Origin: Nitrospirota bacterium
GTDB lineage: Bacteria; Nitrospirota; Thermodesulfovibrionia; UBA6902; DSMQ01
DNA length: 55,196 nt
Assembly: GCA_016208855.1 (NCBI GenBank)
Contig: JACQXF010000057.1
Location: forward strand, 1-55,196
Direction: 5' to 3'
The translations under genes were made by a program, and so were the position numbers. Positions 20,528-28,514 of this stretch are shown here, one piece after another. The first letter of the stretch is position 1; the number at the start of each line of letters is the position of its first letter. The notes below the pieces were generated by a model that saw only the letters and a program-made list of their open reading frames with translations, was not told where the DNA came from and searched no databases.

Positions 20528-21832
20528 CTACCTGCTTAAAAGTATTGACCCGCCTGTAAAAAAAGTCCCTGCAACTGCTGCTGTCATAAGGCAGGCAAGG
20601 GTTGCTGCTATGAGCGCGCGGGGGCCTACTGCCGAGAGGTCTGCTGTTCTTTTAGGCGCAAGGGCAGCGGTGCCTCCGACAAATATGGCAAGTGAGGCTA
20701 CATGAGCAAATCCGCAGAGCGCATAAGTGGCAAGAAACGCAGAGCGAGGGTCATGAAGCAGCCCTTTTTCCATAAGCGAAGAAAGGTCCATATATGATTT
20801 TGTCTCTGTAAGTATAACCCGCTCGCCTATCAGCTTTGATACCTCATACGCATCAGAAGGCGGAACCCCTATAATCAATGTAAAGGGATAAAATGCATAC
20901 CCTAAGAGCCCTTTTAATGACCAGTCAATATTTATACTTAAAAGATTATTAAGCCTTACTCCTGTGCCTGTGAAAATAAAGTCTATAAGCGCCACTATGC
21001 CAAGGAATGCTACAAGCATAGTGACAACTCCTGCCGCAAGTTTGGCTCCTGCATTTGCGCCGTTCATAACTGCCTCCATAAGAGAGGACTCTTTTTCATA
21101 GTAAGGCATTACATCAAGCCCCATCGTTTCTGGCTTTTCAGTCTCAGGCATTATGAGCTTAGACATTACTATGGCTGCGGGGGCTGATAGAAATGACGCT
21201 GACACAAGGTGCCCTGCTATTGTAGGGAATTGTTTTTGCAGAATCATTACATAAATAGCAAGCACGCTTGATGCAATGGTTGCCATGCCTGCTGTAAGCA
21301 CAGTACATAACTCAGAGCGCGTCATCTTTTCAATATATGGCCTTATTGCTGTGGCAGACTCTACGCCTACAAAGATATTGCTTGAGGTGCACATAGACTC
21401 TGCGCCGCTTATCTTCATCAGGCGTGTAAATGCCTTTGCAAATATTCTTATAAGCCATTGCATTACTCCAATGTAATAAAGAATTCCCACAAGGCTTGCA
21501 AAAAATATTATTGTTGGAAGCGTCTGGAAGGCAAAGATAAAGCCCAGGGACTCTCCGCCCCATTCGTCTTTTGTGCCGGGCGGAAGCGCAAGCCTTCCAA
21601 AGATGAATTTAGCGCCGTAGCTTGCCACATCAATAACTTTTATCAGCGTGTCGTTTATAAACAGAAATACATTCACCCCTGCAGGCACAACAAGTATAAA
21701 TACTGCAAATACCATCTGAATTGCAGTCCCCCAGAGCACTGCCTGATAGTTTATAACACGCCTGTTTGCTGAAAATATCCACGCAGTAAAAAGCAGTATA
21801 AAAATACCAGCAAAGCTTATGAGGTTATACAT
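20528..21832 (-). CDS. nupC: NupC-family (CNT) nucleoside transporter
   Basis: 434-aa polytopic protein with CNT-like conserved blocks (...NIFVG..E....I.PY...MT.SEL...). Confidence 0.85.
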   Translation of the reverse strand: MYNLISFAGIFILLFTAWIFSANRRVINYQAVLWGTAIQMVFAVFILVVPAGVNVFLFINDTLIKVIDVASYGAKFIFGRLALPPGTKDEWGGESLGFIFAFQTLPTIIFFASLVGILYYIGVMQWLIRIFAKAFTRLMKISGAESMCTSSNIFVGVESATAIRPYIEKMTRSELCTVLTAGMATIASSVLAIYVMILQKQFPTIAGHLVSASFLSAPAAIVMSKLIMPETEKPETMGLDVMPYYEKESSLMEAVMNGANAGAKLAAGVVTMLVAFLGIVALIDFIFTGTGVRLNNLLSINIDWSLKGLLGYAFYPFTLIIGVPPSDAYEVSKLIGERVILTETKSYMDLSSLMEKGLLHDPRSAFLATYALCGFAHVASLAIFVGGTAALAPKRTADLSAVGPRALIAATLACLMTAAVAGTFFTGGSILLSR

Positions 21833-21869
21833 AATCTCCTCCGCTGTATTACGTTAATCTGCATGGCAG

Positions 21870-22202
21870 CTAAAACTCCGGGAAAACCTTTACCTCAAGC
21901 GGCGTCCCATTTCCAAGGTCGGCTTTCGCTGACAATATCCCGCCCTCAATATAGGAGAGACTAAAGCTCCCGAACCCTGCCCTTACAATAGCCTTTGCAT
22001 CAGCAGGGCAGCCGTCTTCACAGCCTGCAACGCCTTTGATCATCCTTTTAATGAGCCTGTCTATTGAAAAGCCGCTCAAATTAACGCCGTGCTTTGTGCC
22101 AAATCCCACTATATCCCTGAGCATCCCTGCCTCATCAAACATAAAGGGATTATCAATATTAAAAGCTATAGATTCTTTGCCAATCTTAACGTCTATCTCC
22201 AT
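21870..22202 (-). CDS. Hypothetical protein
   Basis: 110-aa ORF with no recognisable motif apart from CEDGCP. Confidence 0.4.
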   Translation of the reverse strand: MEIDVKIGKESIAFNIDNPFMFDEAGMLRDIVGFGTKHGVNLSGFSIDRLIKRMIKGVAGCEDGCPADAKAIVRAGFGSFSLSYIEGGILSAKADLGNGTPLEVKVFPEF

Positions 22203-22258
22203 TTACACCCTCCGAATTTTTTATTTTACAAATCAAAACAACTGCCGTCTAAAAAAAT

Positions 22259-22428
22259 TAGAACATGGGGGCTGGATGCCGAATAAAGTCAATTAGCGGC
22301 TCCTTAGCCCCTTAATGTATGCAATATTCTCTTAATAGTAAATGTACTTCTATTTGCTTTAAGTTCACTTAATATCAATATCATGTCGCTGTTATTGAGT
22401 TTATGAGGTATTTAGCCCCCATGTTCTA
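22259..22428. mobile_element. MITE-like element, family C, copy 2 (170 bp, inverted relative to copy 1)
   Basis: TIR tagaacatgggggct / agcccccatgttcta. Internal matches to 18469..18638 in reverse orientation. Confidence 0.75.
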
Positions 22429-22446
22429 TTGCGGACAGGTATGCGT

Positions 22447-22926
22447 TCAAAAGCTCTTCCATATTTCTATTCCAAATATTATCGGTATCCCGGCAGAAGG
22501 CTCAAGCAGATGAAGTTCCCTTGTCTTTATTAAGGTGTATGAATATTGTATTTCACCAAGCGCCTGTATCTTTTTCCCCATAACCTCACCTGCTACGGTT
22601 ATCTCCCTGCCTGTGCTGTAGATTGCCGGGTCAAGATAGCCATCGTATAGAATTAAAAATCTTCCATGTGATATGTCTGTATTCTCAGGCCTTCCGCGTG
22701 AATCCAGAGGCTTCTGGAGCACCTCAATATATGTTCCTTCAGACGTATTCAAGGAGTGCACTATAGCGCCTCCCAATATTACTATCTTGCCCTTATGCCC
22801 TTCGGGATTTTTAAATAACTCTGCCGGTGTAATACCCTTGTCAGCGCTCTGCCTTAGTTCCTGAGAGATAACATGGGCACAACCCAGAAAAGATAAAATT
22901 GTGAGAACTAAAAATAGTCTTTTCAT
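22447..22926 (-). CDS. slp: Slp-family outer-membrane lipoprotein
   Basis: Lipobox LSFLGC. Slp-like blocks GKIVILGGAIV...YIEVLQKPLD...GRFLI...YLDP. Confidence 0.7.
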   Translation of the reverse strand: MKRLFLVLTILSFLGCAHVISQELRQSADKGITPAELFKNPEGHKGKIVILGGAIVHSLNTSEGTYIEVLQKPLDSRGRPENTDISHGRFLILYDGYLDPAIYSTGREITVAGEVMGKKIQALGEIQYSYTLIKTRELHLLEPSAGIPIIFGIEIWKSF

Positions 22927-23519
22927 TTTTTCTTTAGATACCCCTGCAACTGCCTTATCGCCCTGCCCCTGTGGCTCATTGCATTTTTCTCATCACCGCT
23001 CATCTCTGCAAATGTCCTGTTATGCCCCTCAGGATAAAACACAGGGTCATAGCCAAAGCCGTTCTCACCCTTTGGCTCTCTGCCTATTATACCTTCAACA
23101 TAACCCAAAAATGTATTAATCTCTCCTTCGGGAGAGGCAATAGCTATACAGCAGACAAATCTTGCCTTTCTTTTTTCATCAGGGATATTTGCCATTTCAT
23201 TAAGGAGTTTTTCAACGTTCTTTTTATCGTCTGACGGCTCTCCGGCATACCTTGCAGAAAACACGCCCGGCGCGCCGCCAAGGGCGTCCACCTCAAGCCC
23301 TGAGTCATCGGCAATTGCAGTTATGCAGGTGCGCTCTGCAATTGTCTTTGCCTTTTTCACTGCATTTTCCTCAAAGGTCTCTCCGTCTTCCACTACATCA
23401 GGATATTCAGGGAAGTCCTTAAGCGTAAAGACATTATCAAGGGGAATGCCAGCGTCTTCAAAGATATCTTTTATCTCTTCAATCTTTTTTTTGTTTGTTG
23501 TTGCAAGGACAATGTTCAT
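22923..23519 (-). CDS. rdgB: Non-canonical purine NTP pyrophosphatase (XTP/dITP diphosphatase)
   Basis: MNIVLATTNKKKIEE... and GFGYDPVF...MSHRGRA. Confidence 0.9.
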   Translation of the reverse strand: MNIVLATTNKKKIEEIKDIFEDAGIPLDNVFTLKDFPEYPDVVEDGETFEENAVKKAKTIAERTCITAIADDSGLEVDALGGAPGVFSARYAGEPSDDKKNVEKLLNEMANIPDEKRKARFVCCIAIASPEGEINTFLGYVEGIIGREPKGENGFGYDPVFYPEGHNRTFAEMSGDEKNAMSHRGRAIRQLQGYLKKK

Positions 23520-23547
23520 GCTATTTTCTTGTTGGTTTTGGGTATCC

Positions 23548-24519
23548 CTATGTTAGCCTTGCTGCGAGTTTTATCGCCTCAAGCATGCTCGTTGGGTTTG
23601 CCTTGTTCTTCCATGCTATATCAAATGCAGTCCCATGGTCAGGAGATGTCCTTATTATCGGAAGCCCTACAGTCATATTTACGCCTGTATCAAAATATAA
23701 CATCTTAAATGGCGCCAGCCCCTGATCATGATACATACACACAACTATATCAAACCCGCCGTTGTATGCCTTATTAAAAAGCGCATCTGCAGGAAAAGGG
23801 CCTGAGGCTAACACCCCTTTCTTCTTTGCTTTCTCTACAGCAGGCATTATTGACTTTATCTCCTCATCTCCCATGATGCCTGCCTCTCCTGCATGAGGAT
23901 TAAGCCCTGCAACAGCGATTTTTGGTTTCTTGATGCCAAGCATTCGGGCGCCTTTTTTTGCAAGCATGATTGTCTTAAGCACAAGCTTCTCATTTATAAG
24001 ATTCGGCACATCTTTTAAAGGCACATGTATTGTGGCAAGGACTACTTTCAGCCTCTCGCTTACAAACATCATTGCAAAATCTTTTGTCCTTGTAAGCTCT
24101 CCCAGCATCTCTGTATGTCCGGGCCATGAATAGCCAGCAAGCTTAAGCGATTCTTTTGATATAGGCGCTGTAACAATTGCATCAACCTGCTTTTTCTGTG
24201 CAAGCTCAACTGCTTTTTTAATATAGCTTACCAATGCCCTGCCGGCCTGAGCAGATGGAGCACCTTTTTTAAAAGGCTTGGCTGATTTAATATCAATTAC
24301 CTCTATTATGCCTGCTGCGGGCTTTGACTCTGAAGGGTTAGATATGAGCCTGACCTTAAGCGGAAGCCTTGTAAGATTAACTGCTTTTTTAATTGTCCTC
24401 GCATCGCCGATTACTATCGGATTACAATAATTTCTAATCTCAGAGCAGTAGAGCGCCTTAACAATTACCTCAGGCCCGATGCCTCCGGGCTCTCCCATTG
24501 TTATGGTTATCTTTTTCAT
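23548..24519 (-). CDS. pdxA: 4-hydroxythreonine-4-phosphate dehydrogenase
   Basis: ITMGEPGGIGPEV... and ...YHDQGL..K.....GVN.T.GLP.IRTSPDHGTAFDIA. Confidence 0.9.
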   Translation of the reverse strand: MKKITITMGEPGGIGPEVIVKALYCSEIRNYCNPIVIGDARTIKKAVNLTRLPLKVRLISNPSESKPAAGIIEVIDIKSAKPFKKGAPSAQAGRALVSYIKKAVELAQKKQVDAIVTAPISKESLKLAGYSWPGHTEMLGELTRTKDFAMMFVSERLKVVLATIHVPLKDVPNLINEKLVLKTIMLAKKGARMLGIKKPKIAVAGLNPHAGEAGIMGDEEIKSIMPAVEKAKKKGVLASGPFPADALFNKAYNGGFDIVVCMYHDQGLAPFKMLYFDTGVNMTVGLPIIRTSPDHGTAFDIAWKNKANPTSMLEAIKLAARLT

Positions 24520-24911
24520 TTTTTCTCTGGCAAAGCCACAATGGCATCCATCTCTATCTGCACATCAAGCGGCAGCCTTCCAGCCTGAATAGTAGTCCTT
24601 ACAGGAGGATTCTCTGTGAAGTATTCCTTATAAACCTCATTGAACCTTCCAAAGTCCTCCATGTCTGAAAGATAACATGTCACCTTAAGGGCATCCTGCA
24701 TACCTGCGCCTGCATCTGTGATAATGGCCTTCATATTATCAAGCACCAACTTTGCCTCTTCTTCAATGCTGCCCCTAAGCAGCGTGTTTGTCTTAGGGTC
24801 TATTGGTATCTGCCCTGACAGATACAACAAGCCCTGATGTATTACAGCCTGAGAATAAGGCCCCTTTGGTTTTGGGGCATTTTCAGAAGTAAAGATTTTC
24901 TTTTTTGACAT
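24516..24911 (-). CDS. ridA: RidA/YjgF-family reactive intermediate deaminase
   Basis: 131 aa. ...APKPKGPYSQAV...LYLSGQIP... typical RidA. Confidence 0.85.
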   Translation of the reverse strand: MSKKKIFTSENAPKPKGPYSQAVIHQGLLYLSGQIPIDPKTNTLLRGSIEEEAKLVLDNMKAIITDAGAGMQDALKVTCYLSDMEDFGRFNEVYKEYFTENPPVRTTIQAGRLPLDVQIEMDAIVALPEKK

Positions 24912-24914
24912 AGC

Positions 24915-25709
24915 TCACCTTCCGTCTAACCTCTGGCGTATATACTCCCCTACCAGAGTTATTACATTTTGTATCTCCTCTGTCTGAGGCAGGAAAGAAA
25001 CAATGCGGTTGATATAACCTCTGTCTAACAACAGCCTGCAGGTTGCCTTAAAGTTAAGGTCATAAATCCATGAAAGCTGCATAAGCCTGAAATCATTTAA
25101 TGTTTTAAGTCCTGTGTAAGATGGTATCTGCTTTTTATAAACGCAAGAAAGCACATCCTTAGAATATTCAGGGCTGTCAGGCAGTCCAAAGGCAGTTGCA
25201 GAAGCCCTTTGTTCATCAGGGCTTTCATAGTACTCAATGAATACCCGGTATATATCAAGCTTGTCAGCATCACGGATTAATTTTAGGAAAAATGTCTTTT
25301 CGCTCTCTTGCAGATTGGGTATTTGATAGACGCCATGGAACTTTACCGAGTCTAAAATTAAATCCTGTTCGCCTGTTGGAAGGCGCTCTAAGACTTTATT
25401 CTCAATAAGCGTCTCCACCCCGAGGAGTCCGTGGCTGACAGAGATACTGTCATTGAAGGTTTTATATTTTGCGTACTGAGGGAACCTGCCGACATCATGG
25501 AAAAGGGCTATTGTTTCAGCTATTAGGTCAGTGTTCTGTGCTCTGTGTTCTGTGCTCTGTGCCAATATTTCTTTTATATTCTCACATACATTATGGATAT
25601 GCTTTTCTTTTAATGAATAGTTTCTATTGTCCTCTTCATTGGCTGAATAAAAGGAATTGCAGTAATGAGAAAACCAATTTTTAAAAAAATCTAAATCGTC
25701 TCTTGTCAT
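24915..25709 (-). CDS. HD-domain phosphohydrolase
   Basis: H...HD (LFHDVGR) motif. The ORF-track N-terminus (TTG 25748) merely reads through the REP hairpin, so I prefer ATG 25709 (MTRDDLDFF...). Contains an 11-codon heptamer insert (STEHRAQNTDL). Confidence 0.75.
   Translation of the reverse strand: MTRDDLDFFKNWFSHYCNSFYSANEEDNRNYSLKEKHIHNVCENIKEILAQSTEHRAQNTDLIAETIALFHDVGRFPQYAKYKTFNDSISVSHGLLGVETLIENKVLERLPTGEQDLILDSVKFHGVYQIPNLQESEKTFFLKLIRDADKLDIYRVFIEYYESPDEQRASATAFGLPDSPEYSKDVLSCVYKKQIPSYTGLKTLNDFRLMQLSWIYDLNFKATCRLLLDRGYINRIVSFLPQTEEIQNVITLVGEYIRQRLDGR
25531..25563. repeat. Hep-1 solo arm (CTGTGYT heptamers) in frame in the HD gene
   Basis: gtgttctgtgctctgtgttctgtgctctgtgcc, translated as STEHRAQNTD on the minus strand. 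Confidence 0.8.
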
Positions 25710-25720
25710 GCTTTGATATT

Positions 25721-25830
25721 CCCTGCGGCAAGACCGCAGGGAATCCAATGTAAGGAATTTTATTATTTATTACATTCGCTCGCTAATCCCGTGGCAAGAC
25801 CACGGGGAATACGCTCGCTTTCCATTTAAT
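25721..25830. repeat. Two REP-like hairpins with identical caagac loops
   Basis: ccctgcgg-caagac-cgcaggg (25721..25741) and cccgtgg-caagac-cacgggg (25788..25807), the latter with tail aatacgctcgctttccatttaat. Same family as 1367..1408. Confidence 0.7.
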
Positions 25831-25945
25831 AATAAGCTTTTTAATGTTATTTTGTGAATAGCGGCGAATGAATCAGAGTTTGTTGGTTTATAAAAAACAT
25901 GATAGAATCTTTAAAACAGCAGGGAAATCAAAGGAGAGGATAAAG

Positions 25946-26605
25946 ATGTTTCTGAAAATCGGGCATCGAGGGGCAAAGGCATATGAAATTGAAAATACTT
26001 TAGACAGCTTTCAAAAGGCGATTGAATCAGGTATAAATGCCGTAGAGATGGATGTGCGAAGGGCCAAAGACGGGAAGTTAGTAATAATCCATGATGACAA
26101 TTTAAAAAGGATTTTCGGCATGGATATCTTAATCAGTCATACACCGCTTGCGGAGCTGAAACAGCTCACAGAAAATAAAATGCTTACGCTTGAAGAGGCC
26201 CTGCAATTCATAGATAAAAAATTAGAAAGAATTTTAATAGAACTAAAAGAGGTTGGCTACGAGAAAGAGGTCATAGATGCCGTAAAGAAGGGAAAACTGA
26301 AAGACAGAGTAATTATTGTCTCATTCCATGAGCAAGCGCTTTTAAATACCAGAAAATTAGATAAAGAAATTGAAACAGGCCTAATTTATGCAAAACATAA
26401 AAGGCCTATTGACGCTGCCCTGAGGCTAAATGCCCAATATCTTGTGCCTCTGTACAGGTTTGTTCATACCAAAAATATAGAGGATGCCCATAAAAATAAT
26501 CTTAAGGTAATTGTCTGGACAATAAATACAAAAAAGGAAGCCAAAGAATACATTGCAAAAGGCGTTGACGGAATAGCCACTGACAAGCCTGATATTTTTA
26601 CCTAA
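25946..26605 (+). CDS. Glycerophosphodiester phosphodiesterase (GDPD family)
   Basis: MFLKIGHRGAKAYEIENTL...VEMDVR...DGKLVIIHDD. AAGGAGAGG RBS at 25931..25939 supports ATG 25946 over the ORF-track start 25868. Confidence 0.85.
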   Translation: MFLKIGHRGAKAYEIENTLDSFQKAIESGINAVEMDVRRAKDGKLVIIHDDNLKRIFGMDILISHTPLAELKQLTENKMLTLEEALQFIDKKLERILIELKEVGYEKEVIDAVKKGKLKDRVIIVSFHEQALLNTRKLDKEIETGLIYAKHKRPIDAALRLNAQYLVPLYRFVHTKNIEDAHKNNLKVIVWTINTKKEAKEYIAKGVDGIATDKPDIFT

Positions 26606-26627
26606 ATTGAGCGATTTGCGTCCACCA

Positions 26628-26797
26628 ATAGAAGGCTTGAATGGCTGAAAAGAATTTGTGCAACACCTTTAGCATGTCATGCTGCAAGGCCTGAATACAC
26701 TTATCAAGTGTATTCATCAATGACAAGATTTGCAGTATGACATTATGATTATTCATCGTTGCAGTTCAAAGTCTTTGAAGACATTCAAGCCTTCTAT
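26628..26797. mobile_element. MITE-like element related to family B (170 bp), nested in a 16-bp inverted repeat
   Basis: TIR atagaaggcttgaatggctgaaaagaatttgtgcaac / gttgcagttcaaagtctttgaagacattcaagccttctat. Shares ...tagcatgtcat... with family B. The outer perfect IR cctaaattgagcgatt (26601..26616) / aatcgctcaatttagg (26819..26834) brackets it. Confidence 0.7.
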
Positions 26798-26840
26798 ATA
26801 AAACATCTGTCTATTAAGAATCGCTCAATTTAGGTGTAAG

Positions 26841-28175
26841 TTAATACATGTACTCATACTCCATCTGATCAAGAGATTCTTTTCTTATAACGTATTCAAG
26901 CTTGCCCTCGGCAAGGAGCTTAAAGGCGTACTTAATCATCTCTTTGTAAAATTCGCAGAACTCTGCCTTGCGGTACAAGTCTCCCCTTCCATACATCTCC
27001 GCAGGGCATGGGGAGCCGCATATATGCCTAAAGTCGCAGGCAGCGCACTCGTCAATGCGCTCAACCATTCTTGTCCTCGCAAGCTTAAATGGTTTGGAAT
27101 CCAACGCCTTTTGGATTGATTCCTTGAATATATTGCCTCCTGAAAACTCCCGGTATCCAGTGAACTCACCACATGGAAGCATATCTCCGTTTGCAGCCAC
27201 TGTCAGAAATGTCCTGCCTGCGCCGCAAGGCGATATATCGCACATCATCCTTCTTGCGGTCGGCGCTATTATCGCAATTATTATATTTGCGAAATTGCCT
27301 ACTACAATCTGACGGCCTGTTTTCTTTGTAAGCGCCATTGCAGTTTCAACTGCGCCAATTAATGCCTTTGCCATTACAATATCATCTGCCTTCACCTGTA
27401 ATGACGGCTTCTGGGTCACTCTCACCGGATTAAACAACACAACAGGGATCTTCAGCTTATGGAGAAACTTTACGTGCTCAGAAAGATGGCTTACATTAAA
27501 TTTATTGACTGTTGAAATAACATTAAGCCCTTCATATCCTTTAAACCACTTGATCGCCTGTACTGCCTTATCAAAATTGCCGTTGCCTTTTGTAGTTGCC
27601 CTTGAACGATTGTTTATGACAGCATCGGGCGCATCAAGGGATATGCCCACCCCTGTCCTGTATTTCTTTAAAAACTCGACATCATTTTTTTCAAGCAAGA
27701 GGGCATTGGTCTGAATACCAAAGAATAACTTCTTGTGGTATTTTTTTATGGCATCAAAAATGATATCCTTGACCAAAAGCGGCTCCGCAGCATGAAAAAC
27801 AATAACAGGGTTTTTCTTTGCCTCCTTAAAGTGCTCAACTATTTTCTGCAGCGCCTTGTCAAGCTCTTCGCCTGTCATTTGTATGCCGTTTTTTCTGAGG
27901 TCAGAAGGGATATAGCAATATGGACAATTTGCATTGCACCTGTCAGTAGGGTCAATATAGATGCAGTTTAACGGCTCATTAAACCTGAAGTTATGCATCT
28001 CAGTATCAAGATGCTCCTGCTGGCTCTTATAAAGCGCCATAATGTCCTCGGGCAGCATAACATTTGAGTCTCCATTTTTTGGCAGCATACTCCAGAATAC
28101 ATTGTCAGGGTCAAGGGCAAGCTGCCAGTCCCTGTCAATGTCAATTAAAGAAAGCCCTCTCTGCTTTTCATTCAT
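26841..28175 (-). CDS. Radical SAM / SPASM-domain enzyme (peptide-maturase-like)
   Basis: CNANCPYC (CxxxCxxC) after a ~85-aa N-terminal extension. C-terminal SPASM signature CGAGRTFLTVAANGDMLPC ... CAACDFRHICGSPC (Cx2Cx5Cx3C). Confidence 0.9.
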   Translation of the reverse strand: MNEKQRGLSLIDIDRDWQLALDPDNVFWSMLPKNGDSNVMLPEDIMALYKSQQEHLDTEMHNFRFNEPLNCIYIDPTDRCNANCPYCYIPSDLRKNGIQMTGEELDKALQKIVEHFKEAKKNPVIVFHAAEPLLVKDIIFDAIKKYHKKLFFGIQTNALLLEKNDVEFLKKYRTGVGISLDAPDAVINNRSRATTKGNGNFDKAVQAIKWFKGYEGLNVISTVNKFNVSHLSEHVKFLHKLKIPVVLFNPVRVTQKPSLQVKADDIVMAKALIGAVETAMALTKKTGRQIVVGNFANIIIAIIAPTARRMMCDISPCGAGRTFLTVAANGDMLPCGEFTGYREFSGGNIFKESIQKALDSKPFKLARTRMVERIDECAACDFRHICGSPCPAEMYGRGDLYRKAEFCEFYKEMIKYAFKLLAEGKLEYVIRKESLDQMEYEYMY

Positions 28176-28202
28176 ACTTTTTTCTCCTCCTTAATTAAGT
28201 TA

Positions 28203-28296
28203 ATTGTTCAAGCCGTTCAAAACGTTCAAGCTGTTCAAACAGTTTAAACGGCTTGAACGACTTAAACAGCTTTAACTGTTTAAATAACCTGAACGG
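28203..28296. repeat. Array of ~9-nt units (GTTYAARNN) in the peptide-rSAM spacer
   Basis: gttcaagcc gttcaaaac gttcaagct gttcaaaca gtttaaacg gcttgaacg acttaaaca... Same unit family as 50584..50628, 50800..50848, 52914..52977, 54048..54096 and 54506..54537. Confidence 0.8.
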
Positions 28297-28320
28297 CCCG
28301 GCCATTTATACTGGCCGGGC
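28296..28320 (-). promoter_or_regulatory. GC-rich intercistronic hairpin between precursor-like ORF and rSAM gene
   Basis: gcccggcc (28296..28303) / ggccgggc (28313..28320), 9-nt loop, no clear U tract. Could act as an attenuator or mRNA-stability element. Confidence 0.4.
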
Positions 28321-28353
28321 TATCCAGAATAATGCTCTTGCAGGCAACGCTGT

Positions 28354-28512
28354 TTACAGAAGCGTCTTTTTCTTAGGCACATCGCCGTACATCACAAAAT
28401 GGGTCAGACCATTGGCTGTCTTTGCGCACTTAAGATGGAAAGAAACTGAAGCCTGCCTGCTCTCTGCCTTCTTACAGGACTTATCACTTTTAGACTTTTT
28501 GCCCTGCATCAT
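28354..28512 (-). CDS. Unannotated 52-aa peptide, candidate RiPP precursor
   Basis: Too short for the ORF track (<60 aa). AAGGAGGTG SD lies 4-5 nt before ATG 28512. My translation: MMQGKKSKSDKSCKKAESRQASVSFHLKCAKTANGLTHFVMYGDVPKKKTLL*, with stop at 28354..28356. Confidence 0.65.
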   Translation of the reverse strand: MMQGKKSKSDKSCKKAESRQASVSFHLKCAKTANGLTHFVMYGDVPKKKTLL

Positions 28513-28514
28513 TT

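Noticed and set aside
26936-27312. ORFs 26936..27172 (-) and 26968..27312 (+) inside the rSAM gene
   Set aside because: They are out-of-frame or antisense shadows of a gene with clear CxxxCxxC and SPASM motifs.
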